From an uncultured Gemmatimonadota bacterium (GTDB lineage: Bacteria > Gemmatimonadota > Gemmatimonadetes > Palauibacterales > Palauibacteraceae), in NCBI GenBank assembly GCA_964450995.1, contig CAYVFM010000003.1, positions 1-40,139 of the forward strand: a DNA stretch of 40,139 nucleotides. Reading direction: 5' to 3'. Below the pieces are notes generated by a model. It was not told the DNA's origin and did no database searches. It was given only the letters and a program-made list of their open reading frames with translations. The number at the start of each line of letters is the position of its first letter. Within the stretch, counting starts at the first letter, position 1. Positions 1-8,559 of the stretch are shown here, one piece after another. Made by a program: the position numbers and the translations under genes.

Positions 1-670
1 GGGTGTCGAGGGGAGCGCCGGTGCCGGCACGCAGGAGGACGGGCACCGTGTCACGAAAGACGCCGGAGCCCCGCTCCCGGACCTGGCGCGGTCCGAAGAT
101 CCGTCCAGCCCGGAGCACGAGGGTTCGCTCCCCGGCGACGCCCGCCAGCTGGACGCTCCAAGACGTGCCCTCCGGGTCGCGCAGGGGACGCTCGGAGCGG
201 ACGAACGTCCCGTCGGGAGCGTAGATCTCGAGGGTCGGCCCGGAGCCGTCCAGCGCGACGACGGTGTCGCCCTGCCATCGGGCGAGTCCCCTCAACCGCT
301 CCAGCTCCCCGGGTCCTCCCCCCTCCCCTCCGGCCCTGGCCCGATGCTCCCCGCCGGGGCCGAACCAGTGGAGCTCGAGAGTCCCCCGGTCCCCGACCAC
401 GACGGTTCCGTCGGAGAGCCGGATCGCGCCGTCCACCCGGTCGAAGGCCTGCGGGCCCTCTCCCAGCGCCGTGCCGAGGACGAGCTCCGGCGCCGGGAGC
501 GGCCGGGTGCCGGCCCCGGCCGGCGGCTCGACCGGGTGCTCGACGATCCGGACGCCGGCGCTGTCCCGCACCGCGACGTTCTCCCGGGCGGACTCACCGC
601 ATCCGGCCGCCAGGACCAGCACCAGGACCAGCACGAACCACCCGGCGGATCTCCCCGTTCGCCGGCTCAT
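1..670 (-). CDS. Lipoprotein, 5' part only (gene continues past the window start); possibly of the 6-bladed beta-propeller type
   Basis: Absent from the ORF track because it has no stop inside the window. My minus-strand translation from ATG (670-668) gives MSRRTGRSAGWFVLVLVLVLAAGCGESARENVAVRDSAGVRIVEHPVEPP...GTVVVGDRGTLELHWFGPGGEH...TLEIYAPDGTFVRSE..., and the frame stays open to position 1. It has a signal peptide with lipobox LAAGC. The ATG overlaps the TGA of the upstream RND gene (ATGA at 667-670). Third codon positions are GC-rich. The fold assignment is from memory of similar annotated proteins, not from a search. Confidence 0.7.
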   Translation of the reverse strand, partial: MSRRTGRSAGWFVLVLVLVLAAGCGESARENVAVRDSAGVRIVEHPVEPPAGAGTRPLPAPELVLGTALGEGPQAFDRVDGAIRLSDGTVVVGDRGTLELHWFGPGGEHRARAGGEGGGPGELERLRGLARWQGDTVVALDGSGPTLEIYAPDGTFVRSERPLRDPEGTSWSVQLAGVAGERTLVLRAGRIFGPRQVRERGSGVFRDTVPVLLRAGTGAPLDT

Positions 671-3600
671 CCCACCCCGCCCCGGCCCTCGCCCCGCGCC
701 ACCAGCCAGCGGTAGGCCACCGGGAGAGCCGTCAGCACGAAGACCGTGCTCGAGAGGAGCCCCCCCACGGTGGCCAGCACCAGGGCGTTCCACACGTTCT
801 CGTCCTGGGACGAGGCGAAGAGGATCAGGGGCAGCAGGCCCAGGACCGTGGTCGCGGTGGTCATCAGGATCGGCCGCACCCGCTCCAGGGTGCCCCGGAG
901 GATGGCCTCCCGGGTCGGCAGGCTCTCCCGGAGCTCGCCGATGTGGTAGACCACGAGGATCGCGTTGTTGACCACGATCCCGGCCATCATGATGGCGCCG
1001 ATGTAGGCGGTCCGGGTGAAGGTGGCGTCGGTGTAGAAGAAGATCAGGAAGACCCCGATCATCGCCAGCGGCAGGGTGAGCAGGATCACGAAGGGGGCCG
1101 CCAGCGACTCGAAGATCGCCGCGGTGACCATGAAGACCAGCAGGACGGCGAAGCCCACCGCCATCCAGACCTGGCGGCGCTCCTCCTCGCTCAGCGTGAA
1201 CCGGTCCTCCGCCTCGATCCGGTAGCCCGGGGGCAGCTCCATGCTCTCGAGCACCGCGTCCCGGACGATGTCACCCAGCTTCCGCGGCCCCCGGAACTCC
1301 CAGGCGACGGTCCGCTGGTACTCCTGGTTCTCCCGGAGGATGCGGGAGAGGACGTCCCGCTGGCGGACGTCGGCCACGTTCCCCACCCGCACCGCGCCCC
1401 CGGCGTTCGAAGGGACGCGCAGGTCCCGCAGGTCGCGGAAGCTGAACGCCCGGTACCCCTCGAGCTTGAGCGCCAGCGGAAGCTCCTCGCCCCCCACGTA
1501 GATGCGCCCCCCGCCCTGCTCGCCCTGCACGCTGGCGGAGACGTGGCCCAGCAGCTCCTCGACCGTCACGCCGGTGCCCGCCAGCGCCTCGCGATCCGGC
1601 CGGACGAAGTACTCGAAGGCGCGGTCCCGCTCGTACCAGCGCCCGCTGGCGTTGGGGTCCACCTCGCGGATGCGGCTCATCCGCTCCAGACGCCGGGCGA
1701 GTGACTGTCCTATCTCCTGCACTTGCAGGTAGTTGAACCCGAACACCTTCACCGAATAATTGGGCGGCGAGCCCCCGCCCCCGTAGAAGCTCGGCCCGTA
1801 GCCGTAGACCCGCACCTCGGCGCCCGAGAAGCCGTGGCTGTAGGCCACCATCCGCTCCTTGATGGCCACCGGCACGGCGGTGGTCTCCAGCGCCGGGGGA
1901 AACGTCACCCGTATGTGGGCCCAGCCGGGCTGGACGCGCGTCTCGTAGCGCTCCACCTCGGGCAGCGTCGCCAGCTTCCCCTCGAAGGAACGGGCCAGCT
2001 CGTCGGTCCGCTCCAGCCCCGCCCCCCGGGGAAACTCGATGCGGATGGCGATGTAGGTGTCGCGGCCGAAGAAGTCGCTCCAGCGCACGCCCCGGGTCAC
2101 GTGACGGTCGAAGAGCCACCAGCTCCCGGCCAGGCAGGCGACGCAGGCCACGACCACGACCACCGGGTGGTCCAGCGCCGCCTCCAGCACCGCCCGGTAG
2201 CCCCGGACGTAGAGGGGCGCCTCTCTCCCGCGTCCGACGGGGACGTCGCCGCCTCCGTTTCCCTCCCGGCCGGCGGCGGCCCGGCCCTCCCCGCCCCGAC
2301 CCGCCAGCCGGGCGGCCAGGCTGGGCACGAACGTGAAGGCCACGAAGAGGCTGGCCAGGATCGAGAAGCCCACCGCCCAGCCCAGCGGCACGTACCAGGC
2401 CCGGAGCTCCCCCTGGAGGAGGAGGAAGGGCACCATGACCACGGCGGTGGTGGCCGTGGCCGCCACCACCGGCAGGGCCACCTGCCGCGCTCCCTCCACG
2501 GCCGCGCTCCGGAGGGGCTCGCCGTCCTCGTGGCGGCGCCGGATGTTCTCCAGCACCACGATGGCGTTGTCCACCACCAGGCCGAAGCCCCACGCCAGGC
2601 CGGCCAGGGTCAGGGTGTTCAGGGTGAAGCCCCGGAGATAGAGGAAGTTCACCGCCGCCAGCACGCTGAACCCGATGGTGGCGAAGACCACCAGGACCGA
2701 GCCGAGCGACCGCAGGAAGAGGGTGAGCACCAGGAAGATCACCACCGCCGAGGCCAGGGCCCGGAAGCGGAGGTCCGTGAGCTGGGCCCGGATGTCCTCG
2801 CTCTGGTCGTCGGCCAGCTCCACCTGCACCGCCGGCGGCAGCCCGGCCCGGAGCGTGTCCATGCGGGCCCGGACCTGGCCGGACAGCTCGATGGCGTTGC
2901 TCCCCGCCTGCCGGTACAGGACCAGCGTGACGGCCGGCTCGCCGTCGATCCGGTGATGGGAGGAGGGATCGGCCACCTGCTCGGTGACCTCCGCCAGCTC
3001 GCCCAGGCGGACGGCCCCCTCGCCCCGCCGGGCCACCACCAGGTCGCGGACCTCGGCCACGCTCCCGGCCCGGGTCTCCACGGCCAGCGCCATGCGTCGG
3101 CCGTCGATCAGCACGTCGCCGGCCGCCCGCAGCTCCGAGAGGTCGTCCAGCCGGGCCCGGATCGAGTCCACCGTCAGCCCGAGGGCCTCCATCCGCGCTC
3201 CGTCCAGCACCACCGACACCTGGCGCCCGCGGCCGCCCCGGACGCGGACCGCCGAGACGCCCTCCATGGCGAGCAGCTCGGGTCTCAGCTCGCGATCGGC
3301 CACCTGGCCCAGCCGCGCGGCGGTGTAGGTCCCCCGCATGCGCCAGGTCATGAACGGCCGGCTCTCCTCCTGGAACTCCTCGGGGACGTAGGGCTCCACG
3401 CTCGGCCCCCGCAGGCCGGGGGGCAGCTCGTCCCGCAGCGCGGCGAAGCGCTCCCGGAGCTGGAGGCGGGCGAAGTCCATCCGGGTCTCGGGGTCGAACT
3501 CCAGCGTGATCTCGGCGGTGGCCCCGAAGCCCCGGGGCGTGGACCGGGAGACGGAGCGGATCTCCCGGATCCCCCCGACCTGCTGGGCCGCCCCCTCCAG

Positions 3601-3792
3601 CGGGGCCGTCACCTGGGCCTCCATCGCCTCCGGCGAGGAGCCCGGCCAGGTCGCCGTCACGGTCAGCCGGGGGCTCTCCACCTCCGGGAGCAGCTCCACC
3701 GGGATCAGCTGGAAGCTCCAGACGCCCAGGACCAGCAGGCCCACGTAGAGGGCCGCGGTGGCCACGGGCCTCCGGACCGAGAGGTCGATCAC
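667..3792 (-). CDS. RND efflux transporter permease subunit (second of a tandem pair), 1041 aa
   Basis: C-terminal 1041 aa of track ORF 667..5517. Homology begins at (V)IDLSVRRPVATAALYVGLLVLGVWSFQLIPVELLPEVESPRLTVTATWPGSSPEAMEAQVT, a typical AcrB-family N-terminus. TM4 motif GLVVDNAIVVLENI and TM10-region motif GIVVNNAILVV are present. The GTG start (3792-3790) overlaps the TGA of the upstream RND gene (GTGA). Confidence 0.9.
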   Translation of the reverse strand: MIDLSVRRPVATAALYVGLLVLGVWSFQLIPVELLPEVESPRLTVTATWPGSSPEAMEAQVTAPLEGAAQQVGGIREIRSVSRSTPRGFGATAEITLEFDPETRMDFARLQLRERFAALRDELPPGLRGPSVEPYVPEEFQEESRPFMTWRMRGTYTAARLGQVADRELRPELLAMEGVSAVRVRGGRGRQVSVVLDGARMEALGLTVDSIRARLDDLSELRAAGDVLIDGRRMALAVETRAGSVAEVRDLVVARRGEGAVRLGELAEVTEQVADPSSHHRIDGEPAVTLVLYRQAGSNAIELSGQVRARMDTLRAGLPPAVQVELADDQSEDIRAQLTDLRFRALASAVVIFLVLTLFLRSLGSVLVVFATIGFSVLAAVNFLYLRGFTLNTLTLAGLAWGFGLVVDNAIVVLENIRRRHEDGEPLRSAAVEGARQVALPVVAATATTAVVMVPFLLLQGELRAWYVPLGWAVGFSILASLFVAFTFVPSLAARLAGRGGEGRAAAGREGNGGGDVPVGRGREAPLYVRGYRAVLEAALDHPVVVVVACVACLAGSWWLFDRHVTRGVRWSDFFGRDTYIAIRIEFPRGAGLERTDELARSFEGKLATLPEVERYETRVQPGWAHIRVTFPPALETTAVPVAIKERMVAYSHGFSGAEVRVYGYGPSFYGGGGSPPNYSVKVFGFNYLQVQEIGQSLARRLERMSRIREVDPNASGRWYERDRAFEYFVRPDREALAGTGVTVEELLGHVSASVQGEQGGGRIYVGGEELPLALKLEGYRAFSFRDLRDLRVPSNAGGAVRVGNVADVRQRDVLSRILRENQEYQRTVAWEFRGPRKLGDIVRDAVLESMELPPGYRIEAEDRFTLSEEERRQVWMAVGFAVLLVFMVTAAIFESLAAPFVILLTLPLAMIGVFLIFFYTDATFTRTAYIGAIMMAGIVVNNAILVVYHIGELRESLPTREAILRGTLERVRPILMTTATTVLGLLPLILFASSQDENVWNALVLATVGGLLSSTVFVLTALPVAYRWLVARGEGRGGVG

Positions 3793-6700
3793 GGCCCGTC
3801 GGCCTCCCCGCCGCCCGCCACGGACACGGCGGGATCCACGAGCAGCGAGTACACCACCGGGACGACCAGGAGGGTCAGGAAGGTCGCCGAGAGCAGGCCC
3901 CCGATGACGGCCACGGCCAGCGGCGCCCGGAGGTCCGCGCCCGCCCCCCAGCCCAGGGCCAGGGGGGTCAGGCCGAGCACGGTGGTGACGGTGGTCATCA
4001 CGATGGGACGGAGCCGGAGCCGGCCGGCCTCCAGGATCGCCCTGCGCTTCCCCATGCCCCGCCGGCGTCGCTGGTTGATGAAGTCCACCTTGATGATGGC
4101 GTCGTTCACCACGATCCCGATGAGGATCACCAGCCCGATCCCGCTCATGACGTTGATGCCGCCCCCGGCCGCCCCGAGAAGCAGCACCGCCCCGACGGTG
4201 GCCAGGGGCACCGCCGCCAGGATCACCACGGGCTGGACCAGCGACTCGAACTGGGCCGCCAGGATCAGGTAGACCAGGAAGAGCGCCAACCCGAAGGCGA
4301 ACAGCAGGGACCGGAAGCTGTCCCGCATCTCCTCGTTGGCCCCGCCCACCTCCACGGCGGTGAGCGCCGGCAGCTCCATCCCCTCGATCCGCTCCCGGAC
4401 CGAGGACACCGCGCTCCCCAGGCCGCCGCTGACGTCGGCGAGCACCTCCACGGTGCGGGTCTGGTCTTCCCGGAGGATCTCCACCGGCCCCCAGCCCCGC
4501 CGGACCCGCACGACCTGGCGGAGGGGAACGCCGGAGACGGTGAGCGACAGCACCTCCGGCAGGCGGCGACGCTCGGCGACGGGGAGGCTCACGCGGATCG
4601 GGACCTTCTCGGCGAAGCGGGTGAAGGGCCGCTCGGTCTCGGCCCCCCGCAGGAAGGACTCGATGGCGTCGGCCACCTCGCGTACCGTCAGGCCGTGTCG
4701 ACCCACCTCGTCCCGGAGGATCTCCACCGACAGCTCCGGCTGCGCCCGCTGGAAGTCCACGCGGACGTCCCGGAGGGCCGGCAGGTCCTCGATCCGGGCC
4801 CGGACCGAGTCCGCCACCGCCGCCAGCGAGTCCGGCGGCCGCGCCCCCCGGACCTTGACCTCCAGGTCCGCACTCCCCAGGGCGAGGGCCCGGCCCAGCG
4901 ACGTGGCCCGGCCCGTCTCCACGCTCACCGCCCCGGCCGGCAGCCCCCGGTCGCGGATCCCGGTCCGGAAGCGCCGGACCGTCTCCGCCGTGGAGGGCCC
5001 GTCCGGGTCGAGGCGGACCTCCAGCGCCGCCTGATGGAGGCCCGTGAAGCCCGCGCCCGTCAGCTCCGCGCCCCGGGAGCGGCCCACCCGCGTGTAGACG
5101 CCGGCCACGCCGTCGAGCTCCGCCAGGACGGCCTCCACCGACCGGGCCGCGCCGTCGGTCCGCTCCAGGGGCGTCCCCACCGGCAGCTCCAGCTCGACCC
5201 GGAAGCGCCCCTCGTCGACGCGGGGCATGAGGCTCCGGGGCAGCGCCTGACCCACGACCCAGGCCAGCGCCAGGGCGCCCGCCGTGGCGGCCACCACGGC
5301 CGTCCGGTGGGCCAGGCACCACCGCAGCGTCCGCTCGTACCAGGCGGCGAAGACGCGGAAGCGCCGGTCGAAGGCGTCGAACAGCGGGCGGGTGAGCCCG
5401 GCCAGGCCCCGCCCCACGTCCCGGGCGGTATCCCGGACCGAGCGGGCCGTGCCGCGGGCGCCGCGCCGCAGGAGGCCGCCGACGTGGCCGGCGGCCCGCC
5501 GGAAGGACCCGAGCCACCGGCGGACCCGGTCCGCCGTACGGGCCACGAAGCCGGCCTCTTCCCCGCCCTGGTCGGGATCCCCTCCCTGGCCGGTCCCGCC
5601 GTCCCCGTCCCCGCCGTCCCCCATCGGTGCCGCCTCTCCCGCGACCTCACGACCCGCCTCGGCGACCTTCCGGGCCAGGACCGGGAGGAGCGTGAGCGCG
5701 ACCGCCAGCGAGGCCAGCAGGGAGAAGGCCACGGCCAGCGACAGGTCGCCGAAGAGCGCTCCGGCCACGCCCTCCACGTAGAGGACCGGCCCGAAGACGG
5801 CCACCGTGGTCAGCGTGGAGGCCGTGATGGCGGCCGCCACCTCCCGGGTGCCGGCGGAGGCGGCGGCCCGGGGCGAGGCCCCCTCCTCGTCCGTGTGCCG
5901 GAAGATGTTCTCCAGCACGACGATCGAGTTGTCGACCAGCATCCCCACGCCCAGCGCCAGGCCACCCAGGGACATGACGTTGAGGCTGACGTCGAAGGCG
6001 TAGCAGAGGGCGAACGCCGCTAGCACCGACAGGGGGATCGCCGTGCCCACCGCCAGCGGATAGCGGGGCTCGCGGAGGAAGAGGAAGAGGACCACGAAGG
6101 CCAGCAGGCCGCCCAGCAGCAGCGCCTGGACCACGTTGGCGATGGCGTCGCGGACGAAGGTGGCCTGGCTGCTGGCCACCGTCACGGTCACGTCGGGGTA
6201 CTCCGCCCGGAGCTGGTCCAGGGTCGCCTCCACGCTCTCGGCCACCCGCACGGTGTTGCTCCCCGACTCCTTGTAGACCTGCAGGCCCACCGCCGGCTGG
6301 CCGTCGTAGCGGGCCAGCGTCTCGCGCTCCGCGAAGCCCTCCCGGACCTCGGCCACGTCGGCGAGCCGGACCTCGTCTGCCCCGCCCCCGCCGCCGGTCG
6401 ACACGGAGACCCGCCGCAGCTCCTCGACCCGGTCGAACTGGCCCAGCGTCCGGAGGCTGTACCGGAACCGGCCGCGGCGGACCATCCCGCCCGGGGCGCT
6501 GTAGTTCGCCCGGTCCAGGGCCCGGGTCACGTCCTCCAGCCGGAGGCCCCGGGCCTGCAGGAGGTCCGGGTCCACCACCACCCGGATCTCCCGGCGCGGG
6601 CCCCCGGAGGCCGCGGCCAGCGCCACGCCGTCGAGCTGCTCCAGCCGCCGCTCGAAGACCGCCTCCGACAGCTCGCGCAGGTCCAGCAGGTCCCGGCCGG

Positions 6701-7130
6701 TCACCGCCAGGGTCATGATCGGCTCGTCGGTGGGATCGGCGCTCAGGATGACCGGCCGCTCCGAGCCCCTCGGAAGCTCGTCGGTGAGGTTGTCGAGCCG
6801 CTCCCGGACGTGGAGGGCGGCGAACTCCATGTCCGTGCCCCAGTGGAAGCGGAGCCGGACCAGCGACTGCCCCTCCCGCGAGCGGGACGTCACCGTCCGC
6901 ACGCCGGCCACCTGGCTGAGCTGCTCCTCGACGGGGCCGGTGACGAAGCGCTCCACCTCGGGCGGGCCCGCGCCCGAGTAGACGGTGGAGACGGTGAGCG
7001 TGGGGAAGGCGACGTCCGGCAGAAGGTCCACCGGGAGCCGGGTGAAGGAGACCACGCCCAGGACCGCCACGGCCAGGCAGGCCATGGCCGTGCCCACCGG
7101 CCGGCGGAGGGCGAGGTCGGGCAGGCTCAC
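3789..7130 (-). CDS. RND efflux transporter permease subunit (first of a tandem pair), 1113 aa
   Basis: Track ORF 3789..7130. N-terminus MSLPDLALRRPVGTAMACLAVAVLGVVSFTRLPVDLLPDVAFPTLTVSTVYSGAGPPEVE. Motifs GMLVDNSIVVLENI and GIVVNDAIIKVDF are present. Length and architecture fit the AcrB/HAE1-like family. GTG start. Confidence 0.92.
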   Translation of the reverse strand: MSLPDLALRRPVGTAMACLAVAVLGVVSFTRLPVDLLPDVAFPTLTVSTVYSGAGPPEVERFVTGPVEEQLSQVAGVRTVTSRSREGQSLVRLRFHWGTDMEFAALHVRERLDNLTDELPRGSERPVILSADPTDEPIMTLAVTGRDLLDLRELSEAVFERRLEQLDGVALAAASGGPRREIRVVVDPDLLQARGLRLEDVTRALDRANYSAPGGMVRRGRFRYSLRTLGQFDRVEELRRVSVSTGGGGGADEVRLADVAEVREGFAERETLARYDGQPAVGLQVYKESGSNTVRVAESVEATLDQLRAEYPDVTVTVASSQATFVRDAIANVVQALLLGGLLAFVVLFLFLREPRYPLAVGTAIPLSVLAAFALCYAFDVSLNVMSLGGLALGVGMLVDNSIVVLENIFRHTDEEGASPRAAASAGTREVAAAITASTLTTVAVFGPVLYVEGVAGALFGDLSLAVAFSLLASLAVALTLLPVLARKVAEAGREVAGEAAPMGDGGDGDGGTGQGGDPDQGGEEAGFVARTADRVRRWLGSFRRAAGHVGGLLRRGARGTARSVRDTARDVGRGLAGLTRPLFDAFDRRFRVFAAWYERTLRWCLAHRTAVVAATAGALALAWVVGQALPRSLMPRVDEGRFRVELELPVGTPLERTDGAARSVEAVLAELDGVAGVYTRVGRSRGAELTGAGFTGLHQAALEVRLDPDGPSTAETVRRFRTGIRDRGLPAGAVSVETGRATSLGRALALGSADLEVKVRGARPPDSLAAVADSVRARIEDLPALRDVRVDFQRAQPELSVEILRDEVGRHGLTVREVADAIESFLRGAETERPFTRFAEKVPIRVSLPVAERRRLPEVLSLTVSGVPLRQVVRVRRGWGPVEILREDQTRTVEVLADVSGGLGSAVSSVRERIEGMELPALTAVEVGGANEEMRDSFRSLLFAFGLALFLVYLILAAQFESLVQPVVILAAVPLATVGAVLLLGAAGGGINVMSGIGLVILIGIVVNDAIIKVDFINQRRRRGMGKRRAILEAGRLRLRPIVMTTVTTVLGLTPLALGWGAGADLRAPLAVAVIGGLLSATFLTLLVVPVVYSLLVDPAVSVAGGGEADGP

Positions 7131-7170
7131 CGGACCTGCCCCCCGGCGGGACGTGACCGCGCCACCGGCT

Positions 7171-8559
7171 TCAGCCGTCCCGGCGGAGGTCGCCGGCCCA
7201 GCGCTCCAGCCGGGCCCACGCCTTCAGGTACTCGTACCGCTCCTGCACCACCGCCCGCTCCGCGCCGGTGAGCTCCTGGATGGCCTGCTGAAGCTCGACG
7301 TAGCCGGCCGAGCCCACCCGGAACTTCTCCTCGGTGAGCCGCAGCCGCTCCCGGGCCACCTCGACCCGCCGCTCCAGGAGCTCCAGCCGTTGGTCCCTCC
7401 GCCGCACCTCGGCCGCCAGGTCGCGCACGGTGCTCTCGACCTCGATCCGACGGCGCGTGCGCTCCGCCCGGCGCCGGTCCACCGTGGCGCTCTGCCGGGC
7501 GTTCTGCTCCTTCCGGCCGAAGCCGCCGAACAGCTCCCACCGGGCCGTGAGGCTCAGCCCCTCCCCCCGGTTGCGGGGGTCGAAGTTGAAGAACTCGCCC
7601 TCCGCCCCCAGCTGCTCGGAGCGCGACGTGGTGAAGCCGAGGGAGACCGTGGGCAGGTAGGTCGACTTCTCGCCCAGCGCCCGGTCGGAGGCCGCCCCCA
7701 CCTCCGCCTCCAGCGCCTCCAGCTCCGGGTGGGAGGCGAGGGCGCGGGCGACCGCCGAGTCGGCCTCCAGCGCGGCCGGCTCCGGCGCTGGCTCGGGCTC
7801 GACCAGGGCGAACCGCTCGCCCAGGCGTCCGGGCGAGCCCATCTGGACGGCCAGGGCCCGCCGCGCCCGCCGCGCCTGGTCCCGGGCCTCCAGCAGGGAC
7901 AGCTCGGCGTCCCGGACCTGGCCCTCCGCCCCCAGGAGGTCGGTGCGGTCGATCGCGGCGATCCGGAATCGCTCTCGGGCACGCTCCAGCTCCTGTCGGC
8001 GGCTTCGGAGCTGGCGGCGGGCGATGTCCAGGAGCCGGCGCTGCTTCACCGCCTCGAAGTAGGCCTCCTTGACCGCCGCCGTCACCGCGCGCTCGGCGGC
8101 GCTCAGCCGGAGCTCGGCCGCCCGCGCGTCCTTCCCCCCCGCCGCCAGCTCCGCGAAGCGCCGCCCGCCCTCCAGCAGGTTCCACTGGAGGCTCAGGGAT
8201 TGGCTGGCCCCCACGCGCTCGTTCTGCACCGGGTCGTCCAGCACCTCGGCGGTCCCCTCGGGCTGGATGAAGGAGAAGGTCGTGAAGCTGGAGCGGCTGA
8301 AGCTCGCCGAGACGTCGGCCGTGGGGAGGAACGACCCCCAGTCGGCCCAGCGGGCCGACCGCTCCGCCGAGGCGTCGGCCCGGGCGCTCCGGACGTCCGG
8401 GTGGCCGCCCAGCGCCGTCGAGAGGGCCTCTCGCAGGGTGACGGTGTCGGCCGGCGGCGGGGAGGCGGCGGTCGAGACTGTTTCCTGCTGGGCCCGGACC
8501 GGGAGGGCCAGGACGGACAGGGCGAAGACCGCGGCCGCGGCGGAGCCGGCGCGTCTCAC
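7171..8559 (-). CDS. TolC-like outer membrane efflux protein (OMF), 462 aa
   Basis: C-terminal part of track ORF 7171..9927. The GTG start at 8559-8557 overlaps the adaptor gene TGA (GTGA). Signal peptide (V)RRAGSAAAAVFALSVLALPVRAQQ. Then TLREALSTALGGHPDVRSARAD... and two coiled-coil/beta repeats typical of the OEP family. Confidence 0.88.
   Translation of the reverse strand: MRRAGSAAAAVFALSVLALPVRAQQETVSTAASPPPADTVTLREALSTALGGHPDVRSARADASAERSARWADWGSFLPTADVSASFSRSSFTTFSFIQPEGTAEVLDDPVQNERVGASQSLSLQWNLLEGGRRFAELAAGGKDARAAELRLSAAERAVTAAVKEAYFEAVKQRRLLDIARRQLRSRRQELERARERFRIAAIDRTDLLGAEGQVRDAELSLLEARDQARRARRALAVQMGSPGRLGERFALVEPEPAPEPAALEADSAVARALASHPELEALEAEVGAASDRALGEKSTYLPTVSLGFTTSRSEQLGAEGEFFNFDPRNRGEGLSLTARWELFGGFGRKEQNARQSATVDRRRAERTRRRIEVESTVRDLAAEVRRRDQRLELLERRVEVARERLRLTEEKFRVGSAGYVELQQAIQELTGAERAVVQERYEYLKAWARLERWAGDLRRDG

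Noticed and set aside
3-971. Track ORFs at the window start (3..224 +, 51..278 -, 264..971 +, 292..597 -, 344..715 +)
   Set aside because: All have junk-like Arg/Pro/Ser composition. The third minus-strand frame, not listed because it lacks a stop in the window, encodes a clean lipoprotein coupled by ATGA to the RND gene.
3793-5517. 5' over-extensions of real genes in the ORF track: 667..5517, 7171..9927, 8556..10013, 22753..24021, 24226..24564, 24734..26971, 28538..30892, 33765..34295, 34691..35944, 35491..37080, 36294..37616 and 37187..39205
   Set aside because: In every case family homology begins at an internal ATG, GTG or TTG that overlaps the upstream gene's stop or has an SD. The extra N-terminal part is Arg/Gly/Pro-rich and lies out of frame within the upstream conserved gene. 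Some extensions would cross a terminator (prfC) or a tRNA (adaptor gene).
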